Notes: generated from the sequence alone by a model not told the origin. 44,318 nucleotides of DNA from Catajapyx aquilonaris (GCA_000934665.2 KZ538853.1:1-44318), one strand, 5' to 3'. Shown: positions 11,840 to 24,729, numbered from the stretch's first letter. Numbers and translations: made by a program.

Positions 11840-14139
11840 TACACTTTTTATTAAACCATAAAGTTTTCAAACGCTGGGATATAATTCTACAGTTGTGATT
11901 ATTAAAACGAAGAGATGGTGCTGAAATCTGAAAAAGAAGACTCGATATACAGCAATTAGATACTTTTTTGACAAAACTGTTATGTATGAAAACATTTTAC
12001 ATTATACCGATATTTGTTCAGATTAGGTATCAATAGTATTTACACTAACTTTTATCAAAATGCATCTCTTCCGTTGTAATAGCTGGGTAGAATTTTAGTG
12101 GCAAAAGTCGTTCGTCTGGAGCACCACCCCCGCACGCGGTGGAGTAAAGCCTATATGGCTATATCGAATTATGGACTTACTCTACTTACGAATGGCTCAA
12201 TCTACATAGCATGCATGCATCGGTTCCTTTACTCGAATCGCAAACAACCCAAGCACGCTTGCATAGCAGTCTTTATAGTTGCGACCCATCTCCATTCTTC
12301 CTATAGTTACATTCCTCTAAAAATTCTACCAAATTTTGTACACCTCCACGTACACCACGTGAAGCTAATGATAAGCAACATGAACGGAATTTATTAGAGC
12401 TTCTTCTCCAATGGCAAGCCCATTTGCCGTGGTTAAAGACTTGCTCATGCGCGACGTGAATCGAGCCTCGTGGGCAATAGTACCGCCCTCGTCAGTTGGG
12501 CCGGACTCAGTCTGGAAACAGCTTCCGCGTCGAACAGGTAGGGCTACGTCACCGTCTCCACCGACACTCATTTTGACATCATTTACAGAGAAGCAGGTGG
12601 CCCACGCACTTCTGTTCGTGTCTTCCATGAAGGTAAGGACATTCGTACTTTAGCGCATTGATAGGGCAATTAGTGTGGGCCAGCCTCGGGGCCGTTGCAG
12701 AAGTTCGGGAATATTGGCTGCCGCAAAGTTAGGAGCGTGACTTCTGTCCAGGACGGAAAAAAAGGAGGGTAATTACACACGTTCTTGGAAGCACGTTTTA
12801 GACACCATCAGTAATATGTCCAAAAGAAGTAGGACATATAACGTCCCCCAGGAGTCAGACGATCATTTTTCAGAATTGTTCAAACAAGTTCGTCCAAGCC
12901 ATTTTACCAAAGTGTATTTTATACATTGAAGGACGAACAAAGTCTGTCGCTGAATGGTTGGACAACGCCTTGACTACCTTGAAACATTTAGCTTTCTGTT
13001 TGAATAAGGTTTATCGGTCTCCTATATGCAGTTGTCATTTGGGGGGTTATTGACTTACAGTTTTTTTTTATAGCCAGTTTGCTGAACCTATACACAACAT
13101 CGCAGTATTTTTAGAATACTCCGAGCCTTTTATCTCTCCATAATGATGGCAATCAGATGGTAACGAAGAGTATTGTGTAGAACAACCTACGCAAAGTCCA
13201 CGATTGACAAATTCCATGATGAGGTCGCCTCAATTTTACTCTGATTAGTGTCCATTCACAATAATTCCGTCCACATTTATTCAGAGTATTTGTACCACCA
13301 CCAAGTTTTTATCAGAAAGGTCAACGATATAGAAGCCATCAGGGGTGCACTGTACCGTGGCCTGTAAAATTTCGACACCTTGGGACAATGGATGAGTCAA
13401 AGGCACCTGCTAGCGTGATTTGGGCCCCGAGAATGAGTTATGCCCTGAGGGTTAAACTTTCATCTTTCCTCGAATTTTAATGTTATTATGAAGCATTTTG
13501 CCGCAGTGCCTCCGGCCGGAACTTTCCTTCCATTTATGCCATTGTCACTATCTTAATTCACCTTCTTCCTGGAATATTTTCACGCCAAAACATTGCGCGC
13601 TGTTCCTGCAATGTGTCTTCAGTAATGACTCAGGATTCTGTAGGATTGAGAGGGTCAAAATGAATGATTACAGAATCTGCGATGCTAATGAGGCTTCTTC
13701 TCGCCGTAATATTGTCCTCTGAAATGTGCCATATGCCGTACAATAATGTGCATATAATTAGAGATATTGCTACTGAGGCCATCATTCTTCCCACTGCACA
13801 GGAAGATTGCAGACAAAAGAAGATATTTAAAAAATATACCAGTATTACATCTCTTACACCAGCCTTGCACAGAGCTTGCAGAACTTCATCGGAATAAACG
13901 AATACAACGCCCCCTGCTCCCTCTGCACTGGAATAAACGAATAGGTCTACAGGCTATACTGGCCAATAAATCGAATAGACCTAATGAAAAGGACTCAAGT
14001 CCAGCAACTTGAACAAGATACCGCTGGCAAAGTATTTAGAGGGTAGCACCTGATTTCCGATGTTTCTGTCCGCGCATGTGGTGTATTTACTGTGACAGTG
14101 TTTTAAATCAACCACTTTTGTTATATTTGGACAGAAGTA

Positions 14140-14294
14140 CCGAAGCAGGTTGGTGTGGGGGGTTAAGGAATCCGACTACTAATCGGGAGGTCCTGGGTTC
14201 GATTCCCGGGACCGGCGATCCTGATCGGGGTTTTCTGTGGTTTTCCACGCTCCCCACAGGACAATTCCGGGATCGTTTCCGTATAATAAGCCAC
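14140..14294 (+). mobile_element. tRNA-derived SINE, type A (3'-truncated)
   Basis: CCGAAGCAGGTTGGTGTGGGGGGTTAAGG..GACTACTAATCGGGAGGTCCTGGGTTCGATTCC..TTCTGTGGTTTTCCAC. Confidence 0.85.
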
Positions 14295-15735
14295 TTTTAA
14301 AAATATATGGGTGTAACCCTTCAGTCATGCAGCTGAAGAATCTTAGAATGGTCCATTTGATCCTTCCCTCGTAAGTAATAGGCTCATATTTCCCCTGGCC
14401 AAACATTCCAGTGTCGTATAGTTTCCTGGTTATTATCAAACCTTCCATTTACTGAACAATGTAAGGCTAGAGTGATTATAAAGTAACTTTGAAAGTGTCA
14501 GGCGCCCGCAGGCACTAAAAGATTAATGACATAAGGACATTAAACTTTGGTGGTATAATCAAGATATTATGTGGTGACACTGTTTGGTAGGCCAAGATTC
14601 AACCTGTTGGTCATAAAACTGTGGCTTCCTCCTGAAAACGGTTTTAATTTGGTCCGAAGTTTGTTAGGTCCAGGTTTTATTTGTCCCCTCCCTCACACCC
14701 TCTAAAAATCAGAAGGGATTTGCTGTAGAACACCACGAAAGCAATGTCTGAGGCAGATATTCATTATCGTTGAGTGCAAATTGGTCTCTATATTCCTGGT
14801 ACGACTGGGAGAAAAAAAAAGTTTCATTGTTGTCATATGCACCAAATGAGTTATGACACCGGTAATACCCAGCGCGGTTTAATTAATCGATTCCAGTTCC
14901 GGTGTGTGACACTCGCCATCACATTGGTTGACACCTTTAATTCATCCCATTTGTGCCACCCGCATAACAAAGACGTGCAGTTTTCTACCCACCAGGCTTT
15001 TTCTGCATATGTCACATATCCATATCTTTTGTTACAAGATGCCAACCACATCTGTCAATTTGAAATATATTTTTAAGAGATATAAATCTGCGTATTTTCA
15101 ACTAGTGAATTCGTATCGACCTGCATTCGGAGCAGGTTTTCCATTTCCATGTGTCGTAGGCGTAATTGAATTTGTTACCATCTTACAAATGTTGCGGTCC
15201 CTTTCAATTTCGTTCCATTCGTGGCTGTACGCTTCACTTACGATCTGACTCATGAGACCCATTGCTTATTGCAAGAGACGCAAACGAGAAATACGCAGTA
15301 ATCACTTTGTCTTGGTGGTATTCGGTAGGTAGAGTAAACAAGGCGAGGGCAATTTGGCCAATACTATAGGGTCCATGAATGTAAATCTATGCTTCGAATC
15401 CGAGTGTGGTTGGGTGGAAGTGCCCCACACTCGGGTTGATAAATAAGGCTAATGGAGAGGGAAGCCCTGATTTGCTACACCAGAGGCCAACTAGTTTATA
15501 GGCTCTACTGAAGCAAAGGATTCAGTAATTAAATGGATTAAAAAGTAAAACCTATCAAAGGCATTTTCTGGTCTGGATTCGTGGTTTGGAGTATAGAGTG
15601 CACCTGATGGTACCGAAACAGAGTCTGGCAGTCGTTGGAGACATACGAATCTGTTAAAAATTTGAAAATAAATGTTCGCCATCATGTATTGTAATAATTC
15701 AATTCCATATCGTTATTCCTTCACACTTCGGTATG

Positions 15736-15826
15736 CAGGATATTCGAAATTCATGGGTCGTTTTTTATAACTACTATCGGGCGATATCAGTTATAAAAAA
15801 ACGACCCACGAATTTGAAACACCCTG
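15736..15826. mobile_element. Mini Tc1/mariner-type hairpin MITE (91 bp)
   Basis: CAGGATATTCGAAATTCATGGGTCGTTTTTTATAACT ... AGTTATAAAAAAACGACCCACGAATTTGAAACACCCTG|TA. Confidence 0.75.
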
Positions 15827-15982
15827 TATAACTTATCAAATATTCCTCGTATAGCTTCAGGATATGCTTGGCCTAAACTTTTTATGACAGTTATTACAGT
15901 ATGTGTGTATGCATTTCTATTTTGCATGCTGTATGCGGCAAGAAGTGAGAAGCGGGCCAAAGACCGTTTTTTTTTGTTAGGA

Positions 15983-16016
15983 CCCTAGAATGTGCATTAT
16001 AATGCACATTCCAGGG
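15983..16016. repeat. 34-bp loopless palindrome
   Basis: CCCTAGAATGTGCATTA|TAATGCACATTCCAGGG, one mismatched pair. Confidence 0.7.
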
Positions 16017-16469
16017 CGCAAAGGCATATGACATTCCAGAACTATACATGGTGGAGGAAATATTCCCGCTTTCCCAGCTTATTTCCGTCTAAAAGTAGTA
16101 CCTCGTATAGGTAGGGCTGGGCAATTCTGATTCTGAACGTCTGTAGTCCTGCAAACCCAGCAATTTTGTAAGTGCAGATATGCCCAGAGATGTCATCCTT
16201 TCTGGCATCTGAAGGTACAAGTTTAACACCTCTCTTGAAAATTGTCATTCTTTTCTTGCCAACAGGAGCTGGAGAATGCATGGAACCGTTTTTGCCCTCT
16301 TGTCAAATTAGGAGAATGGACTTCCTTTCCCTTTATCGATTTAAACCTTCAATGGACACGCTACTGGGTGGTCTTACATTCAGTGGATATAGTCGCATAT
16401 TCGAGATCATTTCTGAAAGTATGGAGTTGCAAAATCTCTGTTCTGCCTCAGATCTCCGACACGAATATG

Positions 16470-16650
16470 CAGTAAAACCCGTCTGTATAGCCTAATAGTT
16501 CCGTTCCGAGAAAACTTTCCGTACTGAACTGGTTTCTATTGCATAGTATATTCTAAAAATGAATTGAAAAGCCTCCGAGTAACCAATCAAAAATTCCGTA
16601 ACGGACAAGTTTAGTCTGAGTACAGGTTCTGTTACAGACGGGTTTTACTG
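16470..16650. mobile_element. pogo/Tigger-like MITE
   Basis: TG|CAGTAAAACCCGTCTGTA ... TACAGACGGGTTTTACTG|TA. Confidence 0.75.
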
Positions 16651-16924
16651 TATTATGAATTGATTATTGCTTTTCTGAGCACGAGGGAATGCGGTGAAAT
16701 CAAGTAAAATAGTCCTACCGGATTTACATACTTAATAAGAAGCTCGTAAATCTGACTCGACCTGGTTAGAACCAGCACAAAAAATATGTATATGACTATG
16801 AAAGATATTACTTTGGATTTGGCTATTCGCAAATCGATCTATAGAGTTCGAGACGTTTAAGCATATTATGCTCTAATTATTACTCAGCCGGAGCAAATTT
16901 TTGTGAAATTTTTACTCTTATATA

Positions 16925-17493
16925 CAGGGTGTTTATTGTAACTCTGCAAAGACTTTCAGGGGTAATAGAGGGGACCAAGACAAGTATTTTTTGACATAGG
17001 AACCCGTGTCCGGAAACGCCATCTAGAGGGGGTTCATAGACAAGGAATGAGTGCGCTCAGACGCGTCACGCGAGAGGCACTAGTCGAGCAGACGTTTTGT
17101 TGATAGATGGCGAGCAGTTGTTGCCAGGTTATGGCGTATCGTGTTGTTGTAACTTGTAAGTAAACAACAACGCGATACGCCATAACCTGGCAACAACAGA
17201 ACCGCTGTTGACTATCCGCGCGTCTCCTAGGAGGCCGACTTTAGTTGCTAGATGTCTCTGCTGTTGCCAGGTTATGCCACATCGCATCGTTAGTTACTAT
17301 CCGATCGCCATCTATCAACAAAACAGTCCGCTCGCCTAGCGCCTCTCGCGTGACGCGTCTGAGCGCACCCGTTCCTTGTCTATGAACCCCCTCTAGATGG
17401 CGTTTCCGGACACGGGTTCCTATGTCAAAAATACTTGTCTTGGTCCCCTCTATTACCCCTGAAAGTCTTTGCAGAGTTACAATAAACACCCTG
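16925..17493. mobile_element. Tc1/mariner-type long-TIR fold-back MITE, family F1 copy a
   Basis: TA|CAGGGTGTTTATTGTAACTCTGCAAAGACTTTC ... GAAAGTCTTTGCAGAGTTACAATAAACACCCTG|TA; ~190-bp arms and a nested internal hairpin. Confidence 0.92.
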
Positions 17494-17926
17494 TATAGTT
17501 TCATAATAAAATGTTTCAGTGTTTGGGATCGGATAAAAATATCGTGACTATGTTTCTCTTCCTTCCAAAAGCATTCTTACACTGTGTAGCAATTTACTGA
17601 AACACTTCAATAATACAGTTTCCTACGATCACAGGCTCTCATGCTAAAATGCATGCTGGTACTTCACGAATCGGGAGGTTATTGATTACATACCACGGGC
17701 AGTATAATGGATTCGGACTCAACACAAAAAATGACTAGATTATTAGTCCTGAAAAACATTGGTTATACTAATTAAACTTTCACTCGACTATAGTCTAGTG
17801 AAAGAAATAAAAAAGGTAATAATTTATCTGTATGCAGATATAATTATTATTGCCTTTTTTATTTCTTCCAGTTTCAGTGTAACAATGTTCCACAACCCAC
17901 GCAAGGGTTGCGAGGCCAACTGCATA

Positions 17927-18490
17927 CAGGGTGTAAATGAATTCAACCGACAAACTTCTAGGGGTGATAGAGGGGACCAAGACAAACATTTTTGACATAG
18001 GAAACCGTGTCCGGAAACGCCTTCTAGAGGGGGTTCATAGACGAGGAACGGGTGCGCTCAGACGCGTCACGCGAGAGGCGCAAGTCGAGCGGACTGTTTT
18101 GTTGATAGATGGCGCGCAATTGTTGCCAGGTTATGGCGTAATAACGGGTCGTTGTAAGCGAACAACAACACGATACGCCATAACCTGGCAACAACAGAAC
18201 CGCTGCTGACTATCCGCGCGTCTCCTAGGAGGTGGACTTTAGTTCTAGATGACTCTGTTGTTGCCACGTTATGGCACATCGCATCGTTGGTTACTATCCG
18301 AGCGCCATCTATCAACAAAACAGTCCGCTCGCCTAGCGCCTCACGCGTGACACGTCTGAGTCCACCCATTCCTTGTCTATGAACCCCCTCTAGATGGCGT
18401 TTCCGGACACGGTTTCCTATGTCAAAAATGTTTGTCTTGGTCCCCTCTATCACCCCTAGAAGTTTGTCGGTTGAATTCATTTACACCCTG
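17927..18490. mobile_element. Tc1/mariner-type long-TIR fold-back MITE, family F1 copy b
   Basis: TA|CAGGGTGTAAATGAATTCAACCGACAAACTTC ... GAAGTTTGTCGGTTGAATTCATTTACACCCTG|TA; body colinear with copy a. Confidence 0.92.
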
Positions 18491-19649
18491 TATGACTGCT
18501 GAATGCAATATTTTTTCGAGCTGTATATTGAGAGGGATTCAAAATGATATTGCCACTACTTTTGATTAGGAAAACTTATGAAGAATTTTCACCCGATAGT
18601 AAGGTCCAGCTGTATCACCTCAAATTAAATAAAATTTCAAATTAGATTTTATCAATACCAGTATCTAACCATTATCGATCATTTTACCTTAAGTTACGCT
18701 AATAAAACTGGCCCTTTTACGCCTCCCCGAATAAACTTTACTAGAAGGGTAGTCTCACTCTCAGGATGTTTTATTATCGAACCTGTGAGTTTCATTTTTT
18801 AAACATTTATTATTCTTGACAACGGACTGAACGGAGTCAAAATTGGCACAACCAACTAGGTATTTTCGCCTAGAAATATTGCAATAAACGAAAGACCGAC
18901 ATTTTGCATGGTAAAACTTGCTATGTTGATATTTCCGCTAGTGGCGAACCCACTTCTGATAGGCTACTTGCAGCGTTGTTGCATGAAAACGCGTAATTAC
19001 TACACTGCGGCGTTAACCTATCAAATGCTGTCCGTATATGAGTCTAAACGCTTGCTAATCGAAGAAACCTCATAATTCATATCGTGCCGACCACTTGGCT
19101 CTTCCCTGTCCATAAACCTCGTATTTGAGTGATGCATACAAGGTTTCCTCTCCGCCTCACTTCAAAATTGATGCACGAGTTCATCGTTAGTTATAAAACC
19201 ACACACACTAAGTCATGGCAGCCTGGAAAAAGCCGTCCGGAGCCCATAGCTCACAGGATCACAGACTGGTCACATAGGAAGTATACCCCCCCCCCCNATA
19301 CCCCACCCCCCTTCCCCACCCCTGGCTTTAGAGCCTTTTAGGATGCCTGATGTCCAAGAGACATGCAATCCCGTGGAGTATTGTGTGACGGTGTGTTTAT
19401 CCGGCCTCCCGGTCAGTTTTGGTCTCCAGAAGTCACGTGCCACGAGTTTCAAGTTGGGGCTTAAACGAATTGGGCATGTGTGGCCCACCGTTGTGAAGTC
19501 TACAGTACATCCGAAGTAGATCATCCGTCTGCTTGACTGTCTCCCAGAAGGCGGTACACATGTCTCACGCCCACTTTTCACGAGTACTTTTTCATGGAAC
19601 TAGTTAATAATTGAGAGAGTGAGCTTCAGGGGAGAATGCAAGTTGCAGC

Positions 19650-19985
19650 GCACTGCGGTCATGTGTGCAGTTTCAACGTTTCTGCATACATACGTAGATA
19701 ACTTATTTTAATATGCTTGCGTGGAAGTGTGTGGATCCATAATGCATAAACGATGGCAGAGAAATAACAAACGCTAGATGTCAGTGAGAGAAGAGGTGTA
19801 CTCTTAGTTTGCGATGTACGCTCGTATGACGGGCCCAGTAGTCGTAAAAGGCGCATTTCCATTACTGCTTGTAAAGTAATCCCCATTTGCATTCACCTAG
19901 ACTCTCGGGAGGTTTGGGGTCTCGGTTACATTAAAAAAAGCAATACTTCCAACAAAACGTATGAGGACTCTAATGCCTAATTAGC
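19650..19985 (-). mobile_element. Degenerate RTE-clade LINE fragment (post-RT region)
   Basis: Minus-strand peptides IRVLIRFVGSIAFFNVTET and LQAVMEMRLLRLLG resemble the RTE blocks K.RL...V.SI.LYG.ETW and L..FEM.CLRRILG in the expected order. Confidence 0.5.
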
Positions 19986-22924
19986 CGCCACCTGAGCCTA
20001 TAAATCGCAGCAAATATTCATCCTGCACAGCTTCTGCACTAGTGTAGGACAACACAAGTACATATCTACAAATTTAAAATCATAGTGGGAATGTTTGACC
20101 GAATCCTCTGATTGGTCCCCCCCGCATATTGTTGCCGCCACCTTCCGATTTGCCCCCGTTCCGAGCATGCGCAATGGGGAGAGTAACCCTCAGTTGTCAT
20201 CTGACTTCCGATGAGTTAACAACATGGGTCGTCTCTCCCGTCATCTCTTCCCTTCTCCGTCCCGTTCCATCCACACCCGTCCCGCCGATTTGGTCACTGG
20301 GTATCGAAAAAATGGTCGTATGCGCGGGTGTAGAAATGTATGGCCTTTCGAATGTTACCATAATTGATCGGACTGCTTTAGAACTAATGGCCTGACCACG
20401 ATTCGAACGTGGAGGTTTCATTTTTTCGTTCGATTCGCTGGTAGAGTCACTTATTTGACACTGCACCGAAAGATGTTGAGTAAGGGAGGGTGCCTCGAAG
20501 AGGCCGTACTTCCCACCTGTGAAGCCGATTTAGAATTTCATGTACACCGGTGATCCAAAGTTGACGAGTAATTAGAGTTATTATTATTATCGGCTATCTT
20601 GGAAGGTTCAAACACATTCGAATGTGTGTGTGTGTGTGGGGGGGGGGGGGGCGTTTNGGGGGGGGGGCGTTATGGCAACGGAGGGGCAACAATAACTGCA
20701 TTCTGTTGAAAACGGAGGAGGTTGAAAAGGGGAGTTTGCGGATAATTGTTGGATGGGCATCATCACAGGCTAAGTCCGAATCGATTAGGCATAACAATAC
20801 GGGGTTTTCTAGGCCTGCGCCCTAGAAAAATGTGAGCGAAGAGAGGGTTTTGCTAGTTAACTAAATAAAATTACACGAACTACACATACAACCCCAGTGT
20901 AATCAAATCAATATGGCAAAAAACGCATCACAACATGAGACTACAACGCTATAATGTAGTCAACCACCTACTTATTTTCCCATCAAGTCACGCCTGGAGC
21001 AATTGGGTAATGTCCCAAGTGGAAGCACCACTGCCTCTTTTGCTAGCCGGATTCACTTGACACTAATTGCGTGCACGCTTTATTTTACCAGAGATTAAAG
21101 CCTGTGTAGTGCCGATATAAACAGGTGCCTTTTGACTCCTCCGGTAGCTTCAATAGCAGGCTAGAACACGCACTTGTACTCACATTGCTCTATGTCGACT
21201 ACCTCATGCAAAGAGCTTGTGAGGCCATAAAGATCGCTCTAAAGTGATCTCGTTATGGGAAGAGAAAGCGAACAAGATGTCTAGCGGACAATTTGATCTG
21301 CTCAACATGGGGTGGGCCCATTTTTTACTTCATTTGCGAACCAGAGAGGTCGTTTTTGAGGTCGAACACTGAGTGGACGAGATGACTGCGAGGATGAGAT
21401 GGTCGAATCCAAGTAGATTCACAGGGCGCCAGCTCCCATCATTTTCTATTCATAGAATAATAAATTGACATGCCTCCTGGGCCTAGTTGTAGAAGCAGCA
21501 TGACTTGACACTACTGCTGTCCGTTTGCTTCATCCATGCAAATGAACCGCATTAGAAGGGTCGGCGACACGGCATAAAGGGAAGAAAAGGTTAGTTATCG
21601 GGGGTGCAATGGGGGAATATATATATTTGTGAATATCTCCACCATTCTTTGGCTGCCACTTGGGAAGTGGATAAAGTTAAGGTTGGAGGAAGATGGAGAG
21701 AGGAGTATAAAAAAAACGATGGAGTAAGGAGGGTAGATTTTCCGCTCACGTCGATGGATCGTTGCCAAGACATCGGGGATGATATTACCAAGTCAGTCGA
21801 GTCTGTCAACATCTCTTACATGTCACCATTTGAGGAACACAACCCGTTAGGTCCACACTAAAATTAGGCGTTTTATACGTGATTTTATTTTTACAATATA
21901 CAATTGAGCAAGCAATTGAGCGAAGTAGCAGCAAAGACGCAACCACTGCTATTCAAGTGGTACTTAAAAGCATGCAGTACATTTCCTCTTTGGTGCAGCC
22001 CACAGTTTAGCCAGCATCAAATAGCTTTGCAGAGAAGTAAATCGCCCGTGAAAAAGGCGGTTCTCTTGAGTGGCAAAATCGAAGCCGAGGCCTTGAAGAC
22101 TGCATGCAGTATATTCCGTTATAAAAATGGAGGACCGCGTATATCTCGACTGGGTTGCAGGTTCCTTGCGAGGAATTTTGGCATGAGGATAAAAAAAAAG
22201 TAAGGGGAAGAAACCTGTATGAAAAGGTAGCCACCTGCACAATACCTGCTGGGGAAATGCGGATGAAATCCTTTCTACAGTAGGCAGCCAGCCCGTGAAG
22301 ACGACCTCGCATTAACATGTAGTGCTCGTTATTCGACCATTTTCGCATGCAAAAATCTTGGCACGAATTGCTTGTGTTAAGAAATGAAGAGTTTTACATT
22401 GGCTGCCTACAGCAGTGAGATGGCCCCATTGCATTTTTTTTTGTCGTACTGTCGTGATACTGAAGGCCGTGCATGTGCTTGTCACCGGCAGATCGTATTC
22501 TTTTGAAGCGGCTTGCAACGACCACTTCCTCCTTATGTGGCTTTTTGGATTGTGACATGCACATTCATGCTGAATTATTCACTCGTCTATCAATCTATAG
22601 TGGAAGGACAGAATTTGTCACTGGTATCATGCACTGGCGCAATCCCCTTGTCATGGGGAAAGCTTTCAATTGAATAGGATTATTGAGATACATACGGAGT
22701 TCCTGTATTAATATTTCATGGGTGGCCAAGAATCTGCACAATTTTTAATGAAATGAGAACTTGCTTGAAGCACGTCAATGTAGAGTGTATCTGATGGTTA
22801 ATTGGGCGAATTAAATGAAACCCGTTCTTGGCGTCTAGAGAAGATACTACTGAACGCAGGGACTTAAAATTTCTACCACAGCAAGATACTATCAATACCT
22901 CCTAAAGGCATAGGTAAGAGCCTG

Positions 22925-23417
22925 CGCGCGCATACTAAGAACGCCGCCACAGCCAATCCAAGATGGCGTGAGCCATGTCGAGCGTGTCCAAGCGAGATCA
23001 ACGCATTTTTATCCCATTTCTGATGGCCGCTGGCAATAGACCCGCGGAAATTCATCGGAGGATGCTTACGGTGTACGCTGCCAGCTGTGTGAGAATTACT
23101 ACCGTCGTGGAATGGTTCAGGATTCCGAAATGACGGACAATCCACTACTGACTTTCCCCGACCAGGCTAAGGCTCGGCCTGCAATCACACCTGCCATCAT
23201 TACACGTGTGGACCAGACTGATAAGGGGGGATTGTGGGTGCATCTGGCTTACTTGGATGCACCATACACCATAAGCATCATGAGATGGATTTCTGCGGGT
23301 CTATTGCTTTGGCCATTAGAAATGAGATAACAATGCGCTGATCCCGCTTGGGCACGCTCGACAGTGCGCATGCCATCTTGGATTGGCTGCGGTGGCGTTC
23401 TTAATTGGTATGCGTGC
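22925..23417 (+). mobile_element. Mariner-derived fold-back made of two inverted copies of the transposase 5' region (termini eroded)
   Basis: 22975-23133 encodes MSSVSKRDQRIFIPFLMAAGNRPAEIHRRMLTVYAASCVRITTVVEWFR, then frameshifted DFPRPG (mariner N-terminal HTH and D.PR.GRP). 23258-23417 is the reverse complement of about 22925-23082. Confidence 0.82.
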
Positions 23418-24405
23418 AATATTCAAAAATTTGCTTCTCATCACATATGATGCCAAAAAGAATGTAACAAACAAGACAAAAAATCTGCAAGATACCTATT
23501 TGGCATATTTTAAATGAAAAAAGTGGATAATAGTGTCAATGAAAATGGTAAAAGCTAGGAATTGCAAAACGATTGCAATCATCTGAGGTACAGGGGTCAA
23601 AATATTGCAAATGCAATTTTTTAAGACTGAAAGGGGCCGAAGGAAGATATTGAAACGTGCAAAATATTATTTTGATTTTTCTAGCAATACAAAATGAGGC
23701 TCGTTTATTTAGTTGCATCTTATTTATGAAAACCGACATTTTATGAAATTAACAAGGTACACTCAGAAAGTACTGTACTTGATATCATTAAATGTAATTT
23801 TAAGGAACATCATACGACTTCCAAAGCTGGACTTCATCTATACCATTGCTCTAATATGAGATTAAAATTCCTGCACATATTGTTAGCTCGTAACTCCTGC
23901 AACCTTTATATAGTTCCAAAAAATTCAAATTTGAAATATTTTGGCCCGTGTATCCCACATGAGAGACTCGCAGTTCTCGTTTTCACATATTCAGTCACAC
24001 TCTTACACAATCTTTTCCACCAAAAATCTAGGTGCCTAGAACCAAATAGGCAGCCTTTTCCATACGGCTTCTTCCATTCAATCAGGATGAAATTACATCA
24101 TATTATTTTGATTCAATACTCCTACTCAGCTCAATACCCCATTTATTCCCATTCCCTGCCTTCTTTAAGGTCCATATCTGATATTAGGTTATAACCCCAT
24201 ATTAATTTAATGACTCAAAAATATAATGCAGGGTGCTGCTGCTCTTTATATATAACAATAAGCTAATACATGTCCTAATAAATTGTCCCTTTCAACAAAC
24301 TGAGTCTCTTTCAACCTTTGGCTACTGGTTGGGGTAAACAATATTTCCCTTTACCGACCGGCACCTTCTTGAACTGTGGATTAGGGCAGTGCATCATGCA
24401 TACTA

Positions 24406-24599
24406 CAGGGTGTTCGTCTGCCCAAGTTGACGATACGCAGGGGGGATGGACGGAGAGGGTATGGATTAATCACACCTAGTGGTTATGTAGCCTAAACAAA
24501 GTCGGTGGCCTGCAGTGTAGAACACGAGTGACTAATCTATCAATTCGGCTTCCCTGTCTTTTCTCTGCGGATAGTCAACATGGGAAGAAGAACGCCCTG
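24406..24599. mobile_element. Tc1/mariner-type MITE
   Basis: TA|CAGGGTGTTCGTCTGCCCAAGTTGACGATACGCAG ... CTGCGGATAGTCAACATGGGAAGAAGAACGCCCTG|TA. Confidence 0.75.
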
Positions 24600-24729
24600 T
24601 ACACATTGGCGTAGGCAAATCAACTTTGCTGATTATATGCTAATCATTACTGAAACTATGACACATACCGCTATACCCTGTCAATCATTCTACTGACACT
24701 CCATAATTTCATTTGCATTTCATTTCCAT

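Noticed and set aside
12365..12653. Overlapping GC-rich ORFs with an AAG|GTAAGG donor
   Set aside because: No homology recognised and no consistent multi-exon model could be built.
14140..14215. tRNA-Ser-like gene (also 5580-5658, 11760-11839, 26375-26451)
   Set aside because: No proper acceptor stem or cloverleaf; each continues into a SINE body, and several have tails or TSDs.
17241..18480. Four similar ORFs (..GVIEGTKT..) as a paralogous gene family
   Set aside because: They are translations of the four arms of two non-coding fold-back MITEs.
21930..22520. pogo-like transposase remnant (AASKEYDLPVTS; ENRLFHG) on the minus strand
   Set aside because: Only short, scattered motif resemblances, with no TIRs or DDE motif found.
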